64,000 bases of DNA from Promethearchaeota archaeon (GCA_048938105.1 JBHLMN010000001.1:256001-320000); one strand, 5' to 3'. Positions 19,562 to 30,019 are shown, counted from the first letter of the stretch. Translations and numbers: made by a program. The notes: generated from the letters alone by a model not told the origin.

Positions 19562-19805
19562 TCACAAAATGACCCCTAACTATCCCTTCATATTAAATAT
19601 CCTGAAATATCTTGATAAAATATCTTCGATCAAATATTCAAGTACATATGAAGCAAATACTTTAGCAAGATTTCTCATTGTTCAATTTAATAAAAAGTTT
19701 TTGAAACTACTTTCAGGAGAGGTTGATGATTCTTGAAGAAACACAGGATTTCAATTCTACTAAAAATTAATTACTAAACACAACACTAGGGAGAAAAATG
19801 ATTAT

Positions 19806-20780
19806 TTAAGAAGGATTAGAAAACAACGTTAATCGTTCATGGCATATAGGACATTGATTGAAAACTTTTAACCATTCTAACAAATGGTTACGATGAAACG
19901 TATTCTGACAGATCGGACAAACAACATTATCAGTATCAGACTCTATAGAAGACCGACAAATTACGCAATACTTTTCAGATTGTTTAGATACATCCAGAGG
20001 GAATTTACTAATGGTCTCATCTTCATAACAATCCTCTACAGCTAAAATTAATTCACCAACCATATTGTGTTCCAGTCTCCCAACAATTTCTCCTTGAGAC
20101 ATTATATGCTCAAGAATTCGCTGAAGCAAATGATAATCAATAATTCGGTCTTGATAATGTTTACGAACCTTGAACATTAAATAATCAGACTCAATCTCGT
20201 TCCGTGGTCGAGAAATCTGTGTATTTATAGTTTTGAGAATAATTTGTCTTACATTTGTTAAAAAAACAACATTTTCCCGTTTTTTTCTGATTTCTTTTAG
20301 AAATTGATCCAATAACTTGATGATATCCTTTAGTTCTTTTTGGATGTATGGATTATTAATAAGAGGGGAACCTATTGAGATTTCTTTTTTAGTTAAATTT
20401 AATATCTCCTCCATTTCAATATACACATCATTTAATTGCATTAGGATGGTTTTTGCCGTACTTATGGTCTGTAATGGTTCGACTAATTCAATTTGAGCTA
20501 TCGTATGCTGTACAGTAAAACGACGGTTTACCAATTCCTCTTGATATCGGGAAATCTCTATAAAAAAGGGTTGACGTAATTTTCTATTTGCTATGTATGA
20601 AAAGAAAATACTTAGTATAAATCCAGCTAAAATGGCAAATTTGTTAACGTTAGACAATAATCCTGTTCCTAATGTACTTAAGATAAATGTAATTCCGACA
20701 AATATTACTATTAAGATAACTAAATTCCCAGTTGTTTTATTTCGAGACAAACGAGAGAGTTTTGCAGCATTAATAGCCAT
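19806..20780 (-). CDS. Membrane-anchored RING-finger protein (putative E3 ligase)
   Basis: Two N-terminal TM helices; C-terminal CVIC-x12-CPIC-x4-H-x2-H-LLEWL-x5-CPIC. Confidence 0.8.
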   Translation of the reverse strand: MAINAAKLSRLSRNKTTGNLVILIVIFVGITFILSTLGTGLLSNVNKFAILAGFILSIFFSYIANRKLRQPFFIEISRYQEELVNRRFTVQHTIAQIELVEPLQTISTAKTILMQLNDVYIEMEEILNLTKKEISIGSPLINNPYIQKELKDIIKLLDQFLKEIRKKRENVVFLTNVRQIILKTINTQISRPRNEIESDYLMFKVRKHYQDRIIDYHLLQRILEHIMSQGEIVGRLEHNMVGELILAVEDCYEDETISKFPLDVSKQSEKYCVICRSSIESDTDNVVCPICQNTFHRNHLLEWLKVFNQCPICHERLTLFSNPS

Positions 20781-20883
20781 TATTACACCAAAAAACAGAT
20801 ACTAATAATTCAAGCCTTTCTGGATTAATACTCTACAAGGATTAATTAAAAGCTAGCCTAGAAAATGATTCCGCAAAAAAATC

Positions 20884-21876
20884 TCATTCCAGTGAAGTCT
20901 GTTCCTTCTTATTCTCAGAATAACACTCATAATAATCTGATTGAATAAGTGAATTCTCATAATTTTGATCTATAATTGTATTTGGTAGAACAACACTACT
21001 TGTTAATACTATTCCCTTCTTAATAACTGAGTTATCTCCTAAAATGGAGTTCTTAATGACAGCTGATTCGTCGATAGTGACATTTTTTCCAATCATATTT
21101 TCATTAATTCTTCCTTTTTGAATCTTTTGAAGAAATTCGAGGTTAAAACGCCATAAATCATGAGAAGTGCTTATATGACAGACTCTCTTGGCAATCAATC
21201 CGCCCACTTGGCCTCCTTGACGAATGGTTTTGTTGATCGCTGTTGCTAGTTCATATTCACCACGATTGGATTTTTTGATGCTTTTTATTATGTTAAAAAT
21301 TGATTTAGAGAAGATATAAAGGGCTGCTGAATTTAGATCACTTAATATTTCAGCTGGAGTTTGTGGTTTTTCCTGAACCTTTAATACACGACCATTTCGA
21401 TAATCAACTGTGGAAGATTTTTTCATCAGGTCGAATCCCATTTTTTCAAGAGAAAGAGTGATGTCATTTTTTTCTTTAATATGAGCTCTACTTAATTCTT
21501 TTAAGAAAGAAGCTGAAAACAGTGAATCTCCTGCAATTACTAGAAAATATTTTGTAGATAAATATTCTTCAATCTGTAAAACCGCATGTGCTGTTCCAAG
21601 TGCTTTTTCCTGAACGATGTAGGATATATTGAGATTTGGAAAAGTTATATCAATAAATGAGGGAATGATCTTGTCATCTTTTGGGATTACAATTCCAATA
21701 TTCTGAATTTCAGCCTTGAAAAGTCGTTCTATTGAGTGTTGTAATATAGGTTTATTCAATAAAGGTAACATCGGTTTAGGAGTGCTATATGAAAATGGAT
21801 ACAGCCGTGATCCTGTACCTGCAGCAAGGATAAATGCAGAAACACTCATTTTTGGCAGATTAACTGAATTAAGCAT
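20884..21876 (-). CDS. Sugar-phosphate nucleotidyltransferase with left-handed beta-helix tail
   Basis: LAAGTGSRLYP..PKPMLP, QEKALGTAHA, EKP, RGEYEL; hexapeptide C-terminus. Confidence 0.92.
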   Translation of the reverse strand: MLNSVNLPKMSVSAFILAAGTGSRLYPFSYSTPKPMLPLLNKPILQHSIERLFKAEIQNIGIVIPKDDKIIPSFIDITFPNLNISYIVQEKALGTAHAVLQIEEYLSTKYFLVIAGDSLFSASFLKELSRAHIKEKNDITLSLEKMGFDLMKKSSTVDYRNGRVLKVQEKPQTPAEILSDLNSAALYIFSKSIFNIIKSIKKSNRGEYELATAINKTIRQGGQVGGLIAKRVCHISTSHDLWRFNLEFLQKIQKGRINENMIGKNVTIDESAVIKNSILGDNSVIKKGIVLTSSVVLPNTIIDQNYENSLIQSDYYECYSENKKEQTSLE

Positions 21877-22105
21877 TCTAAATTAATACTCTTGTTTTGG
21901 TTTTCCTGATGACTGAAATGTGATAAGAATACTTTTTATATAGTATAATACTTCTTATTAATTAGAGTCTGAATTAAGGCAGGAAACATCATTATTGACT
22001 AAATCTTATAATTAGATGCCTCCAATTGATTCGAGGTTTCATTATATTTTTCCAATAGATGGATATGTTATTAAAAAATAATAATCTACTATCGGGGATC
22101 GTTCT

Positions 22106-22846
22106 ATGGTTCGCTTGAAGTTAGTTTATCTGATCACAGATGAAGGTTTTGTTATCTATAACCAATCGTTTGGTGTGACAGAACAAGATCAAGATATGGT
22201 TGGCTCTTTACTTATGGCACTAAGGAACTTCAGTAAAGAAGTTTTGAGCGAGGGAACTTTATCGAAGGTAGACTTTGGAGAAGGGGCAGATATGATCTTA
22301 GAAGCTGGAAACCGATTAATTGCAATCGTGGTTGTAGATCTCGATAAGGAGCATAAAGAACGAGAGGAATATGACATTCGGAAAGACCTATTGAGATTCA
22401 TCAGACGAATTGAGGAAATTTATGCAGAAGAGCTGAATGACCCCATTTTTCAAAAGAGTGCTTTTTCAGGAGTTGGAACCCAGATTTATCAGCATTTTTT
22501 CCGTGATAAAATGTCTAGGATCCATAACAACCAATTTGCTAGTCTTTCTGAGTATCTAAAATACCCCACAACTCTATTATTTGAGATCACTCCACGCGGG
22601 GGAAGACTCTATCAATTTTATAGAGAATTCCCAAAATTCACTGAATTAATCGGAGATATCCAGAAGGAAGAATTTGACAAACTAGTTGACAGTATGCTAG
22701 ATAAAAATAGCATGGTTTCATTTAAAGATTGCCTTGATCTCTTTGGTGAACAGAAGATGGATCAGATCCTTAAAATATTTAAATTCTTGACAAATCGAGG
22801 AATGTTTGAAGCCTATAATTTTGAACGAATAGCAATTGAGGCGTGA
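22106..22846 (+). CDS. Longin-like domain protein with possible C-terminal winged helix
   Basis: LVYLITDEGFVIYNQSF...DMVGSLLMALRNFSKEV is the longin beta-beta-alpha pattern. Confidence 0.7.
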   Translation: MVRLKLVYLITDEGFVIYNQSFGVTEQDQDMVGSLLMALRNFSKEVLSEGTLSKVDFGEGADMILEAGNRLIAIVVVDLDKEHKEREEYDIRKDLLRFIRRIEEIYAEELNDPIFQKSAFSGVGTQIYQHFFRDKMSRIHNNQFASLSEYLKYPTTLLFEITPRGGRLYQFYREFPKFTELIGDIQKEEFDKLVDSMLDKNSMVSFKDCLDLFGEQKMDQILKIFKFLTNRGMFEAYNFERIAIEA

Positions 22847-22982
22847 TCAGAATTTTAGTATAATTTGTATCTATTCACGTTTTAAGTAGCCATAACGAAT
22901 TGGCTTGGAAAACTATAAAATAAAATTTTATACTGTTTTTGAAATCAATAGAATATATAACAGTTTTCTTGTAATGAAGACA

Positions 22983-23828
22983 TTATGTGGATTTTTCTCT
23001 TTGGGTTCGAATAATAAACGCGGTCATCTTTTTCATTTCTTTTTGCATCGAAGTAAGCTCTGCTTTTACTTTCGTTTCAACAATTGTGTTAATTTGCTGG
23101 TTTATTACCTCTGGAAGATCAGAAATCCTTCGAGTTAACTGTTCAGTTGTTTGTACCAATTTTTGAAGAGTTCCACCTTGCATGGCTAGACGTTCTGTCA
23201 CTGATGTCTTAAGCTCGTTGACAGATGACTCTAAGTAAATAGCGATGCGATCACGAAGTGAAGCCAATTCTACTTGGATTATTGCATTCACTCGATCCCT
23301 AAGTTCAGCAACAGTGGCTAATTGATCAGTCTGATTCTCGATTAGGGCGCTTAGGTTACTTACAACGTTATCAAGTTTATCTGAAATTACTACAAAATTG
23401 TTTATACTAGCTTCAAATCGACCTTTGGTTTCTTCAGTTGATGATTCCACCATAGTAGTAATATCATTGGAAAGCTTTCGCATACTTCCAACGACATCTT
23501 CTACATAGCTTACCTTAATGAATTTCAGATCATTCTTTGTTTCTTCAGCAGTTCTCACGAATGTTTTTTGAAAAGATCCGATGGATTCCTCAAGTTTAGA
23601 AATTATTGATGGAAGGTTTTGGATTGAAACCTGCAATTCAGAACTGATTTTTGAAGCGTCAAGTATGTCTTGGATAGCAGTTAAGCCGTATTTTATCTCT
23701 TCAACACTCTTTTGTACTGAATATTGTACATCTGATATTATATCTGAGGGATCTTTCATTATTTGAAGTGATTGCGTTAATTCCGAGACCTGTTGCCTTA
23801 TGCTTTTGATATCATCTTCTAGGCCCAT
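22983..23828 (-). CDS. Long coiled-coil protein
   Basis: Near-continuous heptads over about 270 aa; no TM segment. Confidence 0.7.
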   Translation of the reverse strand: MGLEDDIKSIRQQVSELTQSLQIMKDPSDIISDVQYSVQKSVEEIKYGLTAIQDILDASKISSELQVSIQNLPSIISKLEESIGSFQKTFVRTAEETKNDLKFIKVSYVEDVVGSMRKLSNDITTMVESSTEETKGRFEASINNFVVISDKLDNVVSNLSALIENQTDQLATVAELRDRVNAIIQVELASLRDRIAIYLESSVNELKTSVTERLAMQGGTLQKLVQTTEQLTRRISDLPEVINQQINTIVETKVKAELTSMQKEMKKMTAFIIRTQREKST

Positions 23829-24001
23829 GCTATTTTCTCACATCTCATTCTATCAATATTAATGAGTAATAAACTCAAAGATTCTAAAAGATTTTCGAAA
23901 CTTCAAGACTCAAGCAGTAATAATATCAATCCTTTATTAAGGTTGATTAAAACCACCAAACAACTGACATTGAATCTTATAGCTAAATTCAAAGAACAAA
24001 A

Positions 24002-25081
24002 TTATTTCAAGCGTCTTAAAAAAGTCACAAACTTCTCGTTTTCTAACATTGTGTTATTTAATCTATCGATCATGATGATTGTTTCAGAGCAGATGAATTG
24101 TTTGAAATCATTCCCTGCGGCTTTCTGTAAATCTAGATAAATCTTTTTCACGACAGAAAATGAAACATTAGGTATTCTAGATTCTAGATCTCCCGATCCG
24201 AGGTTATAATTCTTTAAAATGCTGGAAGAAACACGAAGTGAGTCTTGTAGCTTTCGACTATCACCTGAGTACTCTGAAATACTCAGATAATAATTCTTCA
24301 CAACATCTTGGACTTGTTCCTGTTCCAAAGGTATAAGGCTTACTTCATCTTCACCAGGAAACAAACGACGGAGGTTTTGGAGTAAGCGTGCAGCTGGAGC
24401 TTCTCGCAAGAGCTTACTAATGAGATTTTTTAACTCAAAAGCTGGAAGTTGAATAATTTCGTACGGATTAGGGAGAGAAGATTCTGGTAACAACTCATAA
24501 CGATGAAGCTCTTTACATGCAGTGAAGTAGTAATTAGGAAAACCTAAATGAGATAAGTTCGAATAAGAAGAGAACATTTTTTCAATGGTATCAATGATTC
24601 CCCACCTGTCTTTAAATTCAATATTTCGTTGAAAAAGGCCTATTCTTACCTTTGGAATCACAGCTGGTTTTCTAAGAGCTTCAGTTAGTGTTGAAGAACT
24701 AGAAAGTTCACCTAGTAATGTAGTGACTTCTAAATTAATTTTCTCAATTTTTTCTAGTATTTCCAAACCTGATTCTGGTTGTAAAAGCATTTTAGAAAGG
24801 AATTCTTCAACCATGGTTAAAGTTGCAATTACATCATCATTTAAGACATCCTCAGTCCGTAATGCTGTAACTAGTGATGAGATGAGCTTAATGACTAAGA
24901 GATTCAATCCAATAAGGAGATTGATTTTTTCTCCCATATTACCTCGGGAACTCCAAAAATCAAATGAAGGATACTTCTGTTTATCCTTATCTGGTGTTAA
25001 AATTGATTGATCTTTGATAAATTTATTATGATTACGTGAATCTTGTGTAAATTCGAACTTTGGGCGATTTTTTTCGTCCAA
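24002..25081 (-). CDS. Hypothetical alpha-helical protein, third gene of the tubulin-like operon
   Basis: 359-aa ORF starting 14 bp after the tubulin-like gene. Confidence 0.7.
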   Translation of the reverse strand: MDEKNRPKFEFTQDSRNHNKFIKDQSILTPDKDKQKYPSFDFWSSRGNMGEKINLLIGLNLLVIKLISSLVTALRTEDVLNDDVIATLTMVEEFLSKMLLQPESGLEILEKIEKINLEVTTLLGELSSSSTLTEALRKPAVIPKVRIGLFQRNIEFKDRWGIIDTIEKMFSSYSNLSHLGFPNYYFTACKELHRYELLPESSLPNPYEIIQLPAFELKNLISKLLREAPAARLLQNLRRLFPGEDEVSLIPLEQEQVQDVVKNYYLSISEYSGDSRKLQDSLRVSSSILKNYNLGSGDLESRIPNVSFSVVKKIYLDLQKAAGNDFKQFICSETIIMIDRLNNTMLENEKFVTFLRRLK

Positions 25082-25095
25082 CTTGATCCAGCACC

Positions 25096-26460
25096 TTATT
25101 CTGGTTTGATGTAATATCCAAACAACTTCTCGAGATCATTTACCGCTGAATTCAGTTCTTCCTGTGTTGTCCCTTTTGATCGTTTAAACCAGTGCTGCTT
25201 TAATTCCGAGTCACCACTATGAAGTTGAATTAGTGCTTTGGCCTCCTCAAGAATATCATGCAACTCTGGTATTTTTGGTAAACCAAATAATAGAAGGAGA
25301 GAAGCTCGTGTGGTATCATCATCATAGGCGCAATAAGTTGGAGAAATGCTTGCACCTTTAGCTAAGAATGGTGCCAATGCTTTTTTCAAGTGAGGATCAT
25401 ATTCTACTCGTGCAATATTGCGGGGACCACTGAGTACGGAGAAAACAGATGAAGCAGCAGGGTTTGTTCCCATATCTGTTAGGCTGCAATTGGAAAGTGT
25501 GTATTCTACCGCAGTAGAAAGTTGAGACCCCATTCCACCAATTTCGGGGAAAACGGATAAATCATCAAACATTGCAGGAACAACAACACTATCCAATTTC
25601 AAAGCAAAATCACCAATATCGGTAGTAGGTAAAACTTCTTTTCCTACTTCAGGTACACCAGGGGACAGCATTTCCGCAATGGATTCTAAAGCTAAGGGGT
25701 TAACTAATTCAACAAAAGCTTCCTCTATTTGAGCTGGATAAGATGTTCCATCTTGACCTATAACAGTTGGAATACTGGAACTAACCTGCTCACTACTTAA
25801 ATCAGCTAAATCTTTCCCTATTTGTCTACTCAACAGGTCAACAGATTCCCCACGTTGCCAACTTAAAACTCTTTCAAGCATTGTTCTATTGGAAAGAAGA
25901 AGAATAAGATCAGGTCCCATATTTCCTTCTTCTAACTGGAGTCGTAGCAATCTTGATAATGCCCAGACACTGTTAACTGCTTCAGAAGACTGGTTGACGA
26001 AAGGTAAGACCCCAAATACATATATAAAGATTTTACGCTTTTCTTCTTCAGCAAAACGCTTTCTTAGTAATCTTATTAAAGCAGGAGTCCCACCGCATCC
26101 AGTACCGCCTCCAAAACTAGTAAAAATGCAAAAACCACTAATCCCCTCATACCCAAGGCCTTGTAATTGGTTAAGTACAATATCTTGCGAATTCATAACT
26201 GCTTCGTAACCTGCAGAAAATTTCCCACCTACTCCAATCTCTGCATCTGAATAAAGAAGAGTTCTTTTCTTGGAAATTGAATATTTCTTTCGTGCTTTCA
26301 ATAAATCTCCCCGATCAGTATTCATCACGAGATATTCTCTGATACGTTGAGGTAGCTCACCTTTTTTCGATTTAGCTAGGTAGCTACCAACTAAATTTGA
26401 TCCACATTCACCAATACCGATAGCAAATATCTCTGATTCTGGTTCTCCTTCGATTGACAT
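25096..26460 (-). CDS. Tubulin/FtsZ-superfamily GTPase, divergent CetZ/tubulin-like
   Basis: T1 GIGECGSN, T2 NTD, T3 GVGG, T4 signature GGGTGCG, T5 VLPF, T6 SN, T7-like TTDIGDF. Confidence 0.9.
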   Translation of the reverse strand: MSIEGEPESEIFAIGIGECGSNLVGSYLAKSKKGELPQRIREYLVMNTDRGDLLKARKKYSISKKRTLLYSDAEIGVGGKFSAGYEAVMNSQDIVLNQLQGLGYEGISGFCIFTSFGGGTGCGGTPALIRLLRKRFAEEEKRKIFIYVFGVLPFVNQSSEAVNSVWALSRLLRLQLEEGNMGPDLILLLSNRTMLERVLSWQRGESVDLLSRQIGKDLADLSSEQVSSSIPTVIGQDGTSYPAQIEEAFVELVNPLALESIAEMLSPGVPEVGKEVLPTTDIGDFALKLDSVVVPAMFDDLSVFPEIGGMGSQLSTAVEYTLSNCSLTDMGTNPAASSVFSVLSGPRNIARVEYDPHLKKALAPFLAKGASISPTYCAYDDDTTRASLLLLFGLPKIPELHDILEEAKALIQLHSGDSELKQHWFKRSKGTTQEELNSAVNDLEKLFGYYIKPE

Positions 26461-26506
26461 TTTTTCACACTCAAATTTGTATTATTTCTTTGAAAGTCGT
26501 ATTCTA

Positions 26507-29500
26507 CTACAGTTTGTTACCAGATTTAATTTCAATAAGTAATTTCATGACAAGAGCTAAATAAGAACGGATTGCTTTATTATGAGGATACGTTTCTTTG
26601 ATTTTCTTAGAAATTTCTTTATACTGTCGTGAGTTCTCCTCTTTACTCTCCGTCGGGGAATATCGAGGACGGAACATGCGTATAGCACGATGCCAATGGT
26701 TTAACTGCACAGAAACTTTCTTCCACTCATTTCTTTGCTCATCTATTTGTGGCAATAATTCTAAAATATATCTGAGATCATGAGAGGCTAAAAATTCCTC
26801 GCGGGCTTTGACTAATTTAGATAAAGGAAAAATACTATCAGATGCTTCCTTTGTATATCTCTTAAAGACTTCTTGAATATTAGAATAATATTCTAAACTC
26901 CCTAATCCAGTTTGTAGTGCAACATTTCGATCTCTTTCAATCTTCTTCATGATTTCGATAACAGATCCTCGTACAGATACCAGTTTGAGTATAGCTTGTG
27001 TTAATCGACTGACATGATTTGTTGTAGCAATTGCTTGAAATTGACTTAAATAGGCTAAATCAACCCGTTCATCTTGACGTAGGTCAATTTCATAATGAAT
27101 GAACAAATACTCAACTGCATCTTGTATTTCCGTGATATAACGTTTTCCCATGGATCTAATTTCACTACAAGCCTTTGCATCAGTCTGTAAGCGATCAATT
27201 TCTACAAAAACATCAGTTATTTCCCGTAATTGAACATCTTCTTGGTTTTTAACTATTACCTGGCTGAAAGTTTCAATATATCCCCCCACATACTCGATGA
27301 TATTGATCCCGACTTCTTTTAGATCATTAACATTTTTCAGGACGGTTCGTGATTCTTTTACACCTTGAGCTAGCAGAATTGCTACGATTTCTGTGTCATA
27401 TAAGAAGATAAGTTGTCGTAATTTATGTGCTAATCGCTCATGAGATACTTCATCAGCTTCAAAATCAGCAATTTTCCTTTCTGCCGCAAAAACAGTACCA
27501 TCGACAGGTGTGATTTCATTTATCCGTGGTAAACTTACTCTTAACCAATTATAGAGGTTTTGATGAAGTGTAGCTAAAGAATCCTTAGCCATTTGTAGGC
27601 TTTCTAAACTATAACTCTCAAAAACATTGACTAATCTCACAATATCTTTATGGGTTTTGATTTCAGCCATTTTTTCATTCATAAGTTCCAATGTTTCTGC
27701 AAAAAACATTGCATATTGACTAGGAAGCTTGGAATAATCTTGTATATGAGAGGAAATCTCCCGTTCCATATGTTCAGCTAGTGTTGAAGCTTTTCGTTCA
27801 ATAAATGCTCTTAATTGCCAAAATTCCGTCAGAGCTTCAGAATAATCAAGGTCATCAATTTCTCTATCAGTTGAATAGATTAAACTGCTTTTCCGAGATT
27901 TTAATAAGCGAAACAGTCTTTTATCGACTCCCTCAAGATTTGTTATCTGTTTTTTTAATTCGATAATTATTTCGTTCTTATTTTCTTCAATCGTTTCCAG
28001 GAAAGAAATATATTCTTTAATTACATCCCCGATATTTCCTGATTCAGAGTGTTCATCAATAGAACTCACTATTTGATTACGTTTTTCCCGTAGATCAAAC
28101 CGTGTCTCTATAGGAATCAATGGAAATGGAATCGACTTTAAATTTTCACGGATCCGCGAAGATATCTTGTACTTCCACACTTGAATCTTTTCATACTCAT
28201 CCAGAAGTTCTTGAATACTCTTTTGAGCTGCTGCGCTAGCTTCATCTCGAAATGCTTTCAAATCCTCAACTTCAAGAATAGGAACATGAGCTTTTAATTT
28301 AGGAGGAATTGTTTCTAGATTTGTGAGCTGATTGTAGATTGGATGTATTTCATTATCCATTCTGTTCCAGAGTTCAGTTTTAATATTGGTATTAAGGTGA
28401 TGCAGGACTTCAATTTCATGAACTAAGTCTCGAATATCTATCTCTTCTGCAATTTTTTGTTTCCTTTGATACTCAATTTGATCTTTCAGTTCTTCTGATA
28501 AAATATTCCGCAAGCTTTCACGAGAATCATATAGATTCAGCAAATTTTGTCTAAGATTTTGTTGAGCAGGTCTTGAAAAGTAAGCAACCAGACGGGTCTC
28601 CCAATCCTTTATTTCTCGGGCTTTATTACTTAATTCACTCGGAGTTAATATTTCAAAATCGCGAATGGTTGGTATTTGAGGCCCCTCAACTAAATTTATC
28701 ACTTCTTGGATGTGAGGATTCTCTAATAGTCTGAAAAAATAATTTTGACACTCTTCAGCTAAAGTTGATTTTAATTCATGATAACTTTTCGCTAGTTCTA
28801 CCCATTCTTGAAGATCTTTTCCTTTTGCTGCGTCTTTCTCAAGTTTTCGTACATCTTTAGTAAAATCAGGAGGAACTGGTATCTTCATTGCACGAATAGC
28901 TTTAGAAGCATTAATCAATTCTGATGTACTGATCATTTTCTTTGTCGTAATAATCTGCTGTTGGCGCCAAGAACGAATTTTCTCAATGTCTTGAATGATG
29001 GTAGGTATACTCGTAGAAGAAACATCAGTTTCTGGAACTGGTGAAAAAGAAGATTCCAATCCTTCTCTCCCTGTTATCTGTAGAATCCGTCCGATTTGAT
29101 CTTCTGTTTCGGTTTTTAATGAAATTTCATATGTTCTAAGTGCATTAATGAACTCATTACTAAGTGAGTTTAACCTCTTTTCCAATCCAATAAGGGTTTC
29201 AACTGAAGTTGTTTTCTCTGTACTACTTTGAATATCTTGTATTTCCTCTTTCAAAGCATCTATTTTTGCCCAAAGATCCAAACCAATTGAAGCAACCGTA
29301 TCAATATGTTGTTGTAATTCAGAAGACATTTGAATTATTGCAAGTTGAATTTTACCTTCTGTACCTTTTCTGCGTTGTTTTAAATACGCATTTTCAGCTT
29401 CTAACTGATTATAAACTTCTAGTAAATCAGGAATAGCCATAACATGAATACTAGTTTTAGTTGTCTGATTTGTGATTCGTATCTTTTCTTCATCAAAATT

Positions 29501-30019
29501 AACAAATTTTCCATAGAGCTCAATAATCTCACGATTAAATAATAGTATAGAAACGTTTTTTCCTCGTAAAACCTCAGATATCTGATTATACGTTCTAAGC
29601 ACTTTTGAACTAAATTTCACGATTTCATTGACATTAAAACTGGGAATTTGAAGTTTGCGAATAGTTTCTGTCTCTTGAGGGATAAATTTGGCAATTTCCT
29701 TGATGTTATTTGCCAGGTCAAAGTAAATCTTACGAAATCCAACTAAAAGGGTGTTTAACAAATCCTCAGAGAGCTTACTAAATTTCTCTTTGTTTTGAGT
29801 AAGAGCCTTTTTCATTCCCCTTTTTTTGAAGAATCCCGCTTTAGGTAAGTCTTTTTCTAGTTTTTCAACTTCTATCACTATTTTTTGTGCTTCGTTCAAA
29901 GTGGAGATAACTTGCACTGTTGGGTCAATTGATCGTAATTCAGTCACTAAATCTCGTATCTTATGAAGAACTTCCTTTGAAAGGAGTTCTCCTTCTTCTG
30001 GTATCATATTGGCTAGCAT
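26507..30019 (-). CDS. 1170-aa all-helical repeat / rod-like protein
   Basis: Amphipathic helices broken by Pro-containing linkers throughout; no TM segment or Walker motifs; 46 bp upstream of the tubulin-like gene. Confidence 0.8.
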   Translation of the reverse strand: MLANMIPEEGELLSKEVLHKIRDLVTELRSIDPTVQVISTLNEAQKIVIEVEKLEKDLPKAGFFKKRGMKKALTQNKEKFSKLSEDLLNTLLVGFRKIYFDLANNIKEIAKFIPQETETIRKLQIPSFNVNEIVKFSSKVLRTYNQISEVLRGKNVSILLFNREIIELYGKFVNFDEEKIRITNQTTKTSIHVMAIPDLLEVYNQLEAENAYLKQRRKGTEGKIQLAIIQMSSELQQHIDTVASIGLDLWAKIDALKEEIQDIQSSTEKTTSVETLIGLEKRLNSLSNEFINALRTYEISLKTETEDQIGRILQITGREGLESSFSPVPETDVSSTSIPTIIQDIEKIRSWRQQQIITTKKMISTSELINASKAIRAMKIPVPPDFTKDVRKLEKDAAKGKDLQEWVELAKSYHELKSTLAEECQNYFFRLLENPHIQEVINLVEGPQIPTIRDFEILTPSELSNKAREIKDWETRLVAYFSRPAQQNLRQNLLNLYDSRESLRNILSEELKDQIEYQRKQKIAEEIDIRDLVHEIEVLHHLNTNIKTELWNRMDNEIHPIYNQLTNLETIPPKLKAHVPILEVEDLKAFRDEASAAAQKSIQELLDEYEKIQVWKYKISSRIRENLKSIPFPLIPIETRFDLREKRNQIVSSIDEHSESGNIGDVIKEYISFLETIEENKNEIIIELKKQITNLEGVDKRLFRLLKSRKSSLIYSTDREIDDLDYSEALTEFWQLRAFIERKASTLAEHMEREISSHIQDYSKLPSQYAMFFAETLELMNEKMAEIKTHKDIVRLVNVFESYSLESLQMAKDSLATLHQNLYNWLRVSLPRINEITPVDGTVFAAERKIADFEADEVSHERLAHKLRQLIFLYDTEIVAILLAQGVKESRTVLKNVNDLKEVGINIIEYVGGYIETFSQVIVKNQEDVQLREITDVFVEIDRLQTDAKACSEIRSMGKRYITEIQDAVEYLFIHYEIDLRQDERVDLAYLSQFQAIATTNHVSRLTQAILKLVSVRGSVIEIMKKIERDRNVALQTGLGSLEYYSNIQEVFKRYTKEASDSIFPLSKLVKAREEFLASHDLRYILELLPQIDEQRNEWKKVSVQLNHWHRAIRMFRPRYSPTESKEENSRQYKEISKKIKETYPHNKAIRSYLALVMKLLIEIKSGNKL

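Noticed and set aside
25096-26460. Canonical ftsZ or true alpha/beta-tubulin
   Set aside because: Lacks FtsZ GGGGxN and NxDFAD as well as tubulin MREI and NNWAKG motifs; left as CetZ/tubulin-like
26507-30019. SMC/Rad50 or dynamin-like protein
   Set aside because: No Walker A/B, signature or G motifs
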